20,000 bases of DNA, taken from Toensbergia leucococca (Eukaryota). How positions within the stretch are numbered: the stretch's first letter is position 1; each line of letters begins with the position of its first letter. The position numbers and the translations under genes were made by a program. The stretch spans positions 53,227-73,226 of the forward strand of contig JALDZS010000127.1 of assembly GCA_022813965.1 (NCBI GenBank), written 5' to 3'. Positions 10,689 through 20,000 of this stretch are shown piece after piece. A model generated the notes under the pieces. That model was not told where the DNA came from. It saw only the letters and a list, made by a program, of their open reading frames with translations, and searched no databases.

Positions 10689-12045
10689 TTAGTCGCAAGC
10701 CGAGTCGTTGTCACGCAACAAGGCCTCTGCCTTGATCTGGTACTCTCTGAATATGTCGATCGCCTTTCGAGTCTTGTCAGTACTCCACCATCATCCGCTG
10801 GGATCTTACGAACCTCCTTAGTCCTTTGCGCTCCTTTTCCACCGTTGCTCCTAGCGAATGCCTCCCGATACTTCCTCTCATCATTCACAAAGGTTTCTCG
10901 TTCATGTACAGTCTTGAGTGTCTGTGCATTCTGATCTTCGAATATCGAAATTCTAGCCGTCTCCGATGCCAGCTCTTCGGTATCAGCGAGGGCACGGAGA
11001 AGATCTGGAGCAACAGTGACAGCGGCGACGCCAGCCAGCCTTTTGGCTTCGTCTACATTGACTAGAGCTGCAGCCTTGACACGGGTGGCGAATTTATTTC
11101 GCTGGTAGTAGCGCTGAATCTCCAAGCAAAGATCAAGGTTTCCGCCGCCGTCATCGTGCCTGTCTGTGTCAGCGTGTTCGAAGATGAACCGATCGCAAAT
11201 CAGACTGCGAGTCCACGTACGACTCATCAAGGACAGTCTGAAGCTCGTGTACGAAAGGTGAGACGTATTCACATCCGACTTCTGCGGCTAGGATGCTTTG
11301 CTCCATTGTGAACAATGTGGTGGCTAACGTTTTGATTCCCATTGCAGTCAGCTTCCGGCAGGCCTGAAGGCCCTCCCAAGTAGAGGCGACTTTGATGCAG
11401 AGTCTGGATGTCTTGAAGCCAGGCTGAAGATGACAGCACAACTGGGTGATCCCTGCCTCCTGGGTCAATATATGGCCTCCACTGGAGACGGACAACGCAC
11501 GTTCAGCATTTTTGACGATCTCCAGTGTTGAAGTAAGGAGTGGATTCGACATGATAAGGATGAGGCCTGTGATAAAAGGCGCAATGACCATCGACATCTT
11601 GACCATCTAGTCCGGGCGTCAGTGTTTGGCAGCAATTAAGCCTCTACACTCAATGCACGCACCGCTATCTCAAACGCCAATTCCTCTTGTTTCACTCCGG
11701 GGTATTGTTTCAAGAGCTGCCGGCTGAGGACCACGGACTCCTTGAGAAGCTCCTCCCGATGTGGAAGGGAAAGCTCGAGACAAGAATCGATCTGGAAAGA
11801 CTCAGCATTCAGGGGACTCCCTCACCACGGCCATTCATCCTGTACCTGGTTTGAAGTGCAGTCGACGAATGGCCCTAGATCCTTCGCGACTGAACCGTGG
11901 CAAATACTGTCAGGTCCTCAAAGCTCCTAAGATGATGGGATTGAGCAGGGACAGATCTACCTTGAACATCTAAGCTGTCACAATCAACCTGACTTCTGGA
12001 TCGCAGATACTCCAGCAGGTTCACGGATTCTCCTATCGAGCCCAT
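10689..12045 (-). CDS. Transaldolase/fructose-6-phosphate aldolase-family protein (divergent fungal paralogue); exons 12045-11961, 11889-11846, 11791-11663, 11606-11501, 11452-11221, 11159-10814, 10763-10689
   Basis: Six GT..AG introns join MGSIGESVNLLEYLRSRSQVDCDSLD, FVDCTSNQ, the Schiff-base Lys motif LCIKVASTWEGLQAC, GIKTLATTLF..EQ, YVSPFV, TVAPDLL and the C-terminal AIDIFREYQ, colinear with class I transaldolase motifs. Confidence 0.9.
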
Positions 12046-12181
12046 CTTGATGGCGCGGATTCGTCACGAAGAGATAGTCCCAAGCCTTCCACTTTTACCA
12101 TCAATCGTCCGACGCCTAATATCTTAACGTTCCAGAAGTATCCGATGCTAAAGCCAGAGAATAGATACTACTCTCTGAACG

Positions 12182-12386
12182 ACTCAGCGTTCCCGATAGT
12201 TTACCAAGTACCCAACTATTAGTATTTACTAATAGTTAAGTAGTTAGCTGGTGCAGTTTGAGGTTCTGATAGGTAGTCGGTCAACTAGTTAAGGATTCCA
12301 ACTATACTACTAACTACCAAAATCCTGGTAGTTGGTGTAGTTCAAGGTCGGATACTAACTATCTCAAATATTGGGAACCCTGCAGT
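12182..12386. mobile_element. MITE-like non-autonomous DNA transposon (~200 bp)
   Basis: Imperfect terminal inverted repeats: CAGCGTTCCCGATAGT (12185-12200) vs reverse complement CAGGGTTCCCAATATT (12367-12382), 13/16 identical. Flanking direct repeat GAACG at 12177-12181 and 12387-12391. The TpA-rich interior includes a perfect 11-bp hairpin at 12214-12237. Confidence 0.6.
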
Positions 12387-12808
12387 GAACGTCGGCTTCT
12401 CTATCGAATAGTCCATGCCATTCTACTAGCCAGCAGTAATACGGTAAGATTACAGAACCTGCTAGTGGATACAGTGCTAACGTACTTCTTCTCTTACGCC
12501 ACCAAGCCGTCTCTGATCAGGCCTGCATATCGCCGCGAGCGAAGTTGCTGGGTTTACTTGACCATGGTTGATGCAAGCGATAGCCGCACTTTTTTGCGAC
12601 GAGCATCTTTCGCCGATATTCGAGCGATCTAGAAAACGATTTGCTTTCACTTCACATTAGTCTGTTGAGATTCGGAAGATTTCCTTGATTGATTGGAGGG
12701 GCTATACTGTCTCGACTTTGTGGAGCCAGCAGTAGCACCAACGTCAAGCATTCCTATCAAATCGGGTTAAAGCTATCAGATGGCGCTATCCACAGGACCA
12801 ACCACCAG

Positions 12809-12848
12809 CCCGAGCCGAGCCGAGCCCGCTCATCTATCTCATCTATCT
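12809..12848. repeat. Short simple repeats: (CCGAG)3 followed by (CATCTATCT)2
   Basis: Read directly: cccgagccgagccgagcccg, then catctatctcatctatct. Confidence 0.6.
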
Positions 12849-13931
12849 AAGCCACTGTTCTACTTATTGTTTCCTTTTTCCTTTTTCCCCGCTTTATGAG
12901 AGTCTTCTGTCGGCAAGTCGAAGGCGCTTAGGCAAGCCTAGCAAATTATTGCGAGCAATCTTAGCTCTACCCGGCATCGCTCGCCATGATACTCTCCCGC
13001 CATCCGAATATCTACCCAAGATTCATCCACACGTCATTATTAATATAAAGTGTATTAAACACAAGTACATAACCCCACCCCCATTAATGCACCCGAGGTT
13101 CGGACCAGGCATCTGCATTACCCTACAAGCGCTACTGCATGCACATGTGAGCCCACAGGATCCACGGAGATGCTCGTATCACCTCGCGGGGCAGCATTTG
13201 TTAAGCTGAGTGATTGCTGAGTATGTGAGGCCGAAAAGACCGAAAAGCCTGGTGGATACGCGCTACCGGCTGCATCTACACATACATCTGGGCACAGAAA
13301 ACTCCGAGTCTCTGCAGTCTACTAAGAGCCAGCATGCAGCGGCCTTGGTAGCATAGAAAGAGAAAAAGACCTATTAAATTTTCGGCGGCACGAGTACCAC
13401 TGCTGACCGATGTCTGAAAGAGGTAATGGCCATATATTTGAAACCATTTCTTGACGAGGATGTTTACGGGTTTTGGCAACTCAAGTCGAACTACTAAATG
13501 ACGAGTACACGAAGCAAATGGCCATGAGTTCGGGTCGCGGGAATTTCTTCTTTCGTCCCTTGATTCTACCGTTGACGTTTTCAACTGCCCGCAAGCCGCC
13601 ATCGCACACCCTCTCTCTACGACCAAGTGTATTTCTCAGCAAGACCGGCTAAAGACACACCATCTAAGGTCCCACTCAAAAGGTGCAACGTCTCAATACT
13701 CATAGGTACTGCTTTGTTCACGACGCTTGGCCCAGGTCAGAGAAGCACAGCCAGCCTGGGCATCTTGCCAAACATAAAGATTGACCGCAAAAACGGTCCG
13801 TGGGATGACATCTACCTGCCGCGACTCATGATGACACTGGACGACTATCCATCTGATCGATGAGATTATCTCTGCAACAAAGAGCCAACTCCCAGACCTA
13901 TAGACGCTGCTTTCATTTACCTCGATGCCTC

Positions 13932-15693
13932 ATGGCTATAATTTCCATGATATCGTTGGTGAAGCGACCAGATCTCGAACCAGTAGTGCTACTGGGTGGA
14001 ATAATCACCTTGGGCAATCTAGGAACTATATTGCACAAGAGCTCCCGAGGCTATCTGTTCCAGCAAGCCCAATGTTTCAATTACTATCAGATCCACGATG
14101 CGACAGCAATTGGCTCCAATCATCTCATTGAGGAGTTTCTCTGCAAAACACCAATCATACAATCGAAATTTAGTATAGTTGAGGGCGTTGATTCATTTCT
14201 TCAATGTTTGCCGCGTAAGCCATTTCATCAATCTCATGGAAGCCAAACGATCTTTATGGTCATGAGCATGACTTGGCGTACTAACACAACGTCTTTGATA
14301 GCTCTCCTTGTACTTGGAATGTACAGAGAACTGATGGAACGGATTGGCTTGCGTCGAGTTGTTATCCTGAATCTTTGCTGTGCCGCGATGGCAGTGTTAT
14401 ACTCCGTTGTATCTTGTGAGTCCCCACAGCACGAGACTGTGCTTCCCATTTTCTACCACAGTATCGCTCACAGCTGTGCATGACACAGTTTGGCTTCATC
14501 AAGTCTGGACAACAGAAGCCGCGCTTCTTTCCTTCTTGTTTGACCTGATAGGCGGTGGCGACTCAATCCGCATAACCATGGTCTGTAAATGTATTGCAGA
14601 CATCTTACCTCCTGCGAAACTGTAAAGATAACCCTAAGTTTTCTCCAATCGAAGTTATCAGCTGATGATCAAAAGGACGAATACCTTCAACTATGTCAGC
14701 GGATTCTACTTTTGTGCAAGCGTCTTTGGCTCGGCGGTCGGATCACTGCTCTTGAGCAATCATGTTTATATCCTCAACGGTCTGAGTATACTGTGTTACA
14801 TAGTCACGATATGCGTTGCCACTGTGATCCCACCGTGTTACGGACGCAATGACTCGGTGAATGAGGCTGTTCAGCCTTTCAGAGACTCCAGCGAAGAAGA
14901 CCTGCTGATACCCACAACTCCAAGTATGGCGTTCAATCCACGGCGTACTTCTTCAAAGGTACCGAGCCCCACCGATACTTCTCCCTGTCTACGAGGGTGT
15001 GCAGCTGACGAAATCAAACAGCAGCACTCACTCCCTCAACTACTATTCCGCTCGTGGCGCGCTTCTTACACCTCCCTTCTGACCCTGTTTTCCTCTCCAA
15101 ATCCCATGTACACCGTCATCCTACTCCTCCTCATCAACGGCCTAGCGAGCCGTATCGGAGCAATCCTACCACAGTACACGTCCCTGGCCCTCGGCTGGCC
15201 GCTCGCAACTGTCAACCGTTTGATGGCGCTAAAAGCGCTAATCTCAGCCGCCAGCCTTTTTGCCTTGCCGGTCATTCGCTCAGTCTTTCTCGAGCCACAT
15301 TTCGCAGAAAGAGACGGTTCAATCGCCATTGATCTTTTCATCACACAGATATCGCTCATCGCGAACACAATCGGCATATTCGTTCTCGGTTTTTCTGCGG
15401 GAGTCCCCCTCTTCGTGCTGGGGCTATGCCTGTACACCTCTGGTGCTGGCCTGGCAGACAGCTTGATCTCGTTTGGAACGCAGGCGATCCCACCGCGAGA
15501 ATCGGTGGCAGATTTCTATGTGCGGACAGGGCTGGTCAATGCGGTGGCGGCGCTGATAGGAGGTCCGTTATGGAATGCATCAATGAGTTGTGTGATAAGA
15601 AGCGAGTGGATACCACTAGGGACGCCATTTTGGCTTTGCGCTGGCCTTTTTGGGATGGGTTGTGCTGGGGTAGCCGCGTTGAAGAGAGCATGA
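13932..15693 (+). CDS. MFS transporter, UstT-like efflux pump family (paralogue B); exons 13932-14214, 14302-14415, 14489-14621, 14676-14958, 15022-15693 (alternative starts 13860, 13947)
   Basis: Four introns at the same protein positions and phases as in paralogue A. Shared motifs TLGNL, CFNYYQIHD...CK, FDLIGGG, LPQYTSL, YTSG.GLADSL and PLGTPFW. Confidence 0.88.
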
Positions 15694-15818
15694 TGCCCTT
15701 TTGCTGCTTTGAATGAGGTCAGGGGGGATATAATACCGGATTCAACGCTTTGTAACATTCAATGCGGGCGTGCTTTGTGTCCGGACTTTGACTAAGGTAG
15801 GTATCCCTTCAAGTGTTA

Positions 15819-16510
15819 TACGTGCAGCCATCTATTAGTGCCACGGTAGTAATTAGTGCCTGAGTAGGGCAATCAATCAAATCATCAGCATCATACCTTA
15901 ATTTCTTTTTGTCAACATGTAAACAAATCTTTTTCCCTCAGTCACAATAATCTATCACCTCTTATTCTCACTTCTTATTTATTAGGATGTGAGTCAACAA
16001 GACTGAGCATCAAGAAAAAGAAGTATCTGATGATCTTTTTAAGAAACTTTTAATTAAGAAGAGAAAGTAATCTGCTGAGAAGACAAAGACTAATGTTTGA
16101 CCCTTAGATATCAGATATTTCTCTCTACAATTTGCTTCATAAGTCATTTAAATCATCATTGATCAGAAGGATCAGAAGGGTTCTTTACAGTTAATAAACT
16201 ACTTTCTGATCTTTCTTTTTAAGTGAATTTATTCATTGCTTATAAGGCATATTAACAGATAAGCTTTTAACTACTATCAGAATCTAATGAGCTTATTAAG
16301 AAAGAACAAAAATCACTGATGATAATAAAAACAGATTTAGATCTCAGAAATCTGCATCTCTATTAGTATCTATCTGCAAATAGAACTTATTAGACTTGCT
16401 TAAATCTTAAATTACTGAATAAAGACTCAGAATAATCTTATCATTTATAAGATCTTTAAGCTTATGTCTTTGTATTGATAATAGCAAATTCAGAGATTTT
16501 TTAAGATATC
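15819..16510 (+). mobile_element. RIP-degraded piggyBac-like (DDE_Tnp_1_7-type) DNA transposon, left end and transposase N-terminal part
   Basis: TIR-like end TACGTGCAGCC with an internal direct repeat ATTAGTGCC (15834-15842, 15852-15860). The degenerate frame from ATG ~15987 reads YFLIF...RHIN...EICISISIYLQI...NY*...MSC, then *(R)*(W)*(Q)QIQRFFKIS, matching the piggyBac pattern YFxLF...TN...EI..FIG...DYW...MS..RWEQIxRF once C>T and G>A changes are reversed. Confidence 0.6.
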
Positions 16511-16685
16511 TGTAAGGGTCTCTTTTAAGATTTTAAATTCTAAGTGTAATTAGAAGATAAAGTGCTATTTAGGTGTAAAGTCACTAAATATACTGTAATA
16601 ATATCAAGTCACTTAGAGTTACTGACTCACCTATTCTTGCCTAACTACCTCAGCCTTAAGTACATAAGAAAACACTATAATAACA
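16511..16685 (-). mobile_element. Probable LTR (3' LTR of a minus-strand Ty3/gypsy element)
   Basis: Bounded by TGTAAG...ATAACA (TG..CA with a short imperfect inverted repeat). It begins where the piggyBac-like frame stops. On the minus strand it is preceded by GAGGTA, like a degraded polypurine tract. Confidence 0.5.
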
Positions 16686-16808
16686 TACCTCACATGAAAA
16701 AAGACTCTTTATGCTCTTATGATTTCACTGAGAACTTTTCTTTAAGAAGGCGTGTTATTTTAACTTAATTCATTAGTGTCTGAAGAGTATAATAAAAATG
16801 TGTCACTG

Positions 16809-18090
16809 TTATATAACAGTAATAATAATAAAGACAGCAGTGAGTAATAATGAGATTGTGACAGACAGTGATAAGACAGCAGTGAGTGATAGTAAGACTG
16901 TAATAAGTAATAGTATAAACATGACTAAATGACTTAAATAGATTGTCAGTGATGATAACATTTTTATGACTTTTTCTTCTGCTACTGCACTGAGATTTAT
17001 CATCAGTAACTTTTCATTAGATAACTCAAAATTTATTATTAGAACTTTTATAAAACTTTCAGTTAATATAACACTGATATTTATCTTCAGTAAACTTCTT
17101 TAGTCATTATCTGTTAATCTATTTACAACTTTGCTAAACATATTTATCACAATAAAGATGAATCCTTTATAAGTATTCTGTTTAGTAGATCATTTAATTT
17201 ATAGAATTGCTAACATAGAATTTTCTTAAAACATTATTAAATCTCTAACATTTATTGTATAATCTCTCTGAATTTGTTATAACTCTTTATCAATTAGATC
17301 AGTCAAATCTACTAATTTAGATCAGTCTTACTTTAGATGCACTCATACTATAAATAAATTATGAATATTTTATGCTCACTTAATAAGTTCTCACTCTTAG
17401 TACTTTCTTAGATAAATATATGACTCATACTGATATCTATACTCAGTATGTGTCTGAATCTTTCAGTTATAATAATTCTTTATTATTGCATTAGCAATTT
17501 TCTAATGATCATCTTTTAGTATATAGTCAGAGTTGAACAGAATGTGTCACTTATTAAAAAGGAAATTAAATAAATTCTTTACTTAATATTTAGTGTTAAG
17601 AATCTTCATAAAAACTTCATTAGTATAGTCTATTATTTCTTAAAATGTTCTGTCAGAGATCAATGAATAGACAGACTTTTCAGATACAATCTTGCTAATA
17701 TTGATCTTTACTTATTCTTTATTTTTAAAAGAGTCTGTGACTATTTCTATTATGTGTTTTATAAGATTAATATTTATATCTAACTTGATAGACAATGTGA
17801 GAGAATCAGTGATGATATACTCTTTTTGTGAGTCAAAATTCTTAATTATAAATCTGACAGCAGAGTGAAGGTATCTCACAGTATATTTCACCTTATACAT
17901 TTTCTTCTCATATTTAATATTTAAGAGTTTGTAGTTATAAGGTTGTGCTTCAGTAAGCAGTTGTTTTTTTATTTCTTTTAGTATATATTGCTAATCTTTG
18001 ATAGTAAGGTCTATAAGTCTAATTAATAAAGATATTTTTATAGTTATTTATCTTATACTTAAGAAATCTGTGAACTTTTTAGATTTCTTT
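16809..18090 (-). pseudogene. RIP-degraded long ORF of unknown function with a low-complexity (probably originally Pro/Ala-rich) C-terminus, inside the TE block
   Basis: ORF-track fragments 17712-17900 and 16809-17003 share one frame. The stretches I translated between and above them stay in that frame, with stops explicable as CAA/CAG/CGA/TGG transitions. Confidence 0.5.
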
Positions 18091-18395
18091 TATCTTTTTA
18101 CTAAGGTGACTAGTGATTGTGATTCTAAATCCTCAGTCATCTCATTGAATGTAACTTTACACTTAATCATAATAGTAATGTTGTGATACAAGTGTTAAAG
18201 ATAAGACAATAAGGGTAAGACCTTACAAATTATTAAATGAATAATCAGTAATAATTTCACTGTATAATAGATAAAATACTAGTTAGATAGTGTCAGACAC
18301 TATTTGAATGCTGAATAAGAAAAGATAGATATCTTAAAATCTCCTTAGATTATTCAGTATGTAATGTATTAGAAAATATTCAAACTGTCACACTT

Positions 18396-18580
18396 AAAGC
18401 AGATAGATTCTCTTCAACTATTTAAAATGTAAGGGTAGTCTAAAAGATTTGAATAGACACAATAAAGTAGATAGACTCTTTTTAACTAATTTAAACTATA
18501 CAGATAGTCTAGAAGATTTAAACAGATATAATAAACTGAATAGATTCTTCTTAACTTATTTAAATTATAAAGATAGTTAG
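18396..18580. repeat. Degenerate tandem repeat, ~68-69 bp unit, ~2.7 copies
   Basis: Units start at 18396 (AAAGCAGATAGATTCTC), 18464 (AAAGTAGATAGACTCTT) and 18533 (AAACTGAATAGATTCTT). Each continues ..AACT.ATTTAAA..(G/A)TAGT. Confidence 0.7.
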
Positions 18581-19114
18581 AGAGAATAAATTGCTAAACT
18601 GATGAAGGTAGATAATAACACAGTGTAGCTAATTAATCTGTGAGTGTTTTAAAGGTTTGACAATTTAGTTAATAAATAAAAAACAGTGAGAAAATATGTA
18701 GATAACTTTTAAATAAAATGATAATTGCAAATTGTCAGTAGAGAAATGATCAGCTTGTAGACTATTTATAAATTATTAATAATGATAATAACAAACTGTA
18801 CTTGTGATAGCAAGCTGACTTAATTAATAAAAGAGTAATAATAAATGTAAAATGAGAAAGAATAAAAGAATAAAACAAAAAGATAAGGTTAAGACTTAAA
18901 CTCATTCACTATACTTACTAATAAAAGAGATGAACTGTGTGACTTTGCCTTTAATGATAAATCTACTGTAAATATTTTAATGATTAATTCTAGACAAGTA
19001 GAGTTTTAGTGTAATTTCTAATAATAATTACTGCGTTGTCTCTTTAGACTATTCTCATCCTCAATTTACAATTATTTAAGTTCTTAATACTTTTAGAGCA
19101 TTACTATCAATGAC

Positions 19115-20000
19115 TTATATCAGTTGCTTGTCTCTAAAAGCCTCATAGTTCTGTATTAAGTTCATAAAATTACTTAAGTTCTTTAGATTCATATACTTAT
19201 TATGCTCTGATCTGTATTCTTTTCATCTTATTAGATATTCTGTGAATTTCTCACATTCTCTTTTAACAATTCTTTTATCAAGTAAACACTCTACTTTAAA
19301 AGACTTAAAGGTTTTAGTGTCACTGTTAACATAAATTGATGATAACTTATTTAGCTGAGAATGTTTGTATAAATCAGAGATAGAGTCTGATACTGACTTC
19401 AATTGTTGTATAATAAACACAGAGTGCACTCATTAATTCTGTAAAATATTCAGTTTATAGATCAGTTATTCTATCTTTTTTATGATCTTAAAAGATTCTG
19501 TAGCTTGCATATCAAGTTTCTTAAATCTAACACCTAAAGTATTTAGTGAATATTTCTTATATAGAACTATCTACATATAGTCTCTAACCTTCAAGTTTAT
19601 TGACTAATGTCTGTGATTATAGTAATATTTAGCTGTCACTGCATCAAAGTCTATTGTGTCTGATACTTAAATTCAGAAGTTCAGAATATCTGAGAATATT
19701 CTGTTATCTTTCTCTGTGATTTAGAATGTTAAATCTTAAATGAATGTTTTATAATATATCTTATTCAGGGTCTTATTTATAGAGACAGATATAAAATTGT
19801 TTAAGTTAGACTGCAAAAGAGATATTATCTTTAATTAGTGTGTTAAATCGTTTATGAATTGCATGTAGTATTATATAGCTAATTTTATTATTTAATTAGC
19901 TCTTTTTAATTGACTGTCAGTCTGTGAGTGATAAGCAGTGCTATATAAGAGCTTTATCTCTAACTGTTCAAACAGTGCTGTTCAGAATAAACTAAGAAAT
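19115..20000 (-). mobile_element. RIP-degraded Ty3/gypsy (chromovirus) pol 3' end: integrase core and chromodomain; continues beyond the window
   Basis: Minus-strand translation FLSLF*TALFEQLEIKLLYSTAYHSQTDSQLKRAN matches the integrase motif STAYHPQTDGQSER. HSVF and SFKVECLLDKR...EYLIR*KEY match the chromodomain (EVERLLDKR...EYLVRWKGY). Confidence 0.92.

Noticed and set aside
10622..10813. ORF-track C-terminus of the transaldolase (VRKIPADD...IIIAH)
   Set aside because: Read-through of intron 10813-10764; the spliced frame gives AIDIFREYQIKAEALL with a stop at 10689.
12400..13863. Short ORFs (12949-13209, 13276-13626, 13627-13863)
   Set aside because: Non-ATG or weak starts, no motifs and no coherent splice model; treated as intergenic/promoter sequence.
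1..15800. Dikaritin/ustiloxin-type RiPP cluster, suggested by the UstT-like transporters
   Set aside because: No precursor ORF with a signal peptide and KR-delimited repeats, and no UstYa/DUF3328 HxxHC gene, is visible in the window.
16562..18186. Short hydrophobic Ile/Leu/Lys-rich ORFs that look like membrane peptides
   Set aside because: Their composition is an artefact of RIP-type C>T and G>A mutation in transposon DNA.
18396..18580. CRISPR-like array
   Set aside because: Contiguous degenerate tandem units without unique spacers, in eukaryotic TE DNA.

Overview
Genomic DNA from a filamentous ascomycete (short GT-AG introns with CTRAY branch sites, RIP-like mutated repeats). Bases ~500-15700 hold a compact seven-gene cluster: an intronless Methyltransf_24-type SAM methyltransferase, a PhyH-family Fe(II)/2-oxoglutarate dioxygenase, two paralogous UstT-like MFS transporters with identical intron positions, a secreted protein of unknown function, a DHA1/vesicular-amine-type MFS transporter and a non-canonical transaldolase-family enzyme. 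It looks like the tailoring and export part of a secondary-metabolite cluster, but no PKS, NRPS, terpene synthase or RiPP precursor is visible in the window. A ~200-bp MITE-like element lies just upstream of the transaldolase gene. From ~15820 to the end the sequence becomes very AT-rich and almost CpG-free. This is a nest of RIP-degraded transposons: a piggyBac-like transposase relic cut by an LTR, a long degenerate ORF of unknown type, and a Ty3/gypsy chromovirus integrase-chromodomain. Gene models were spliced by eye and family calls rest on recognised motifs; no database searches were run.
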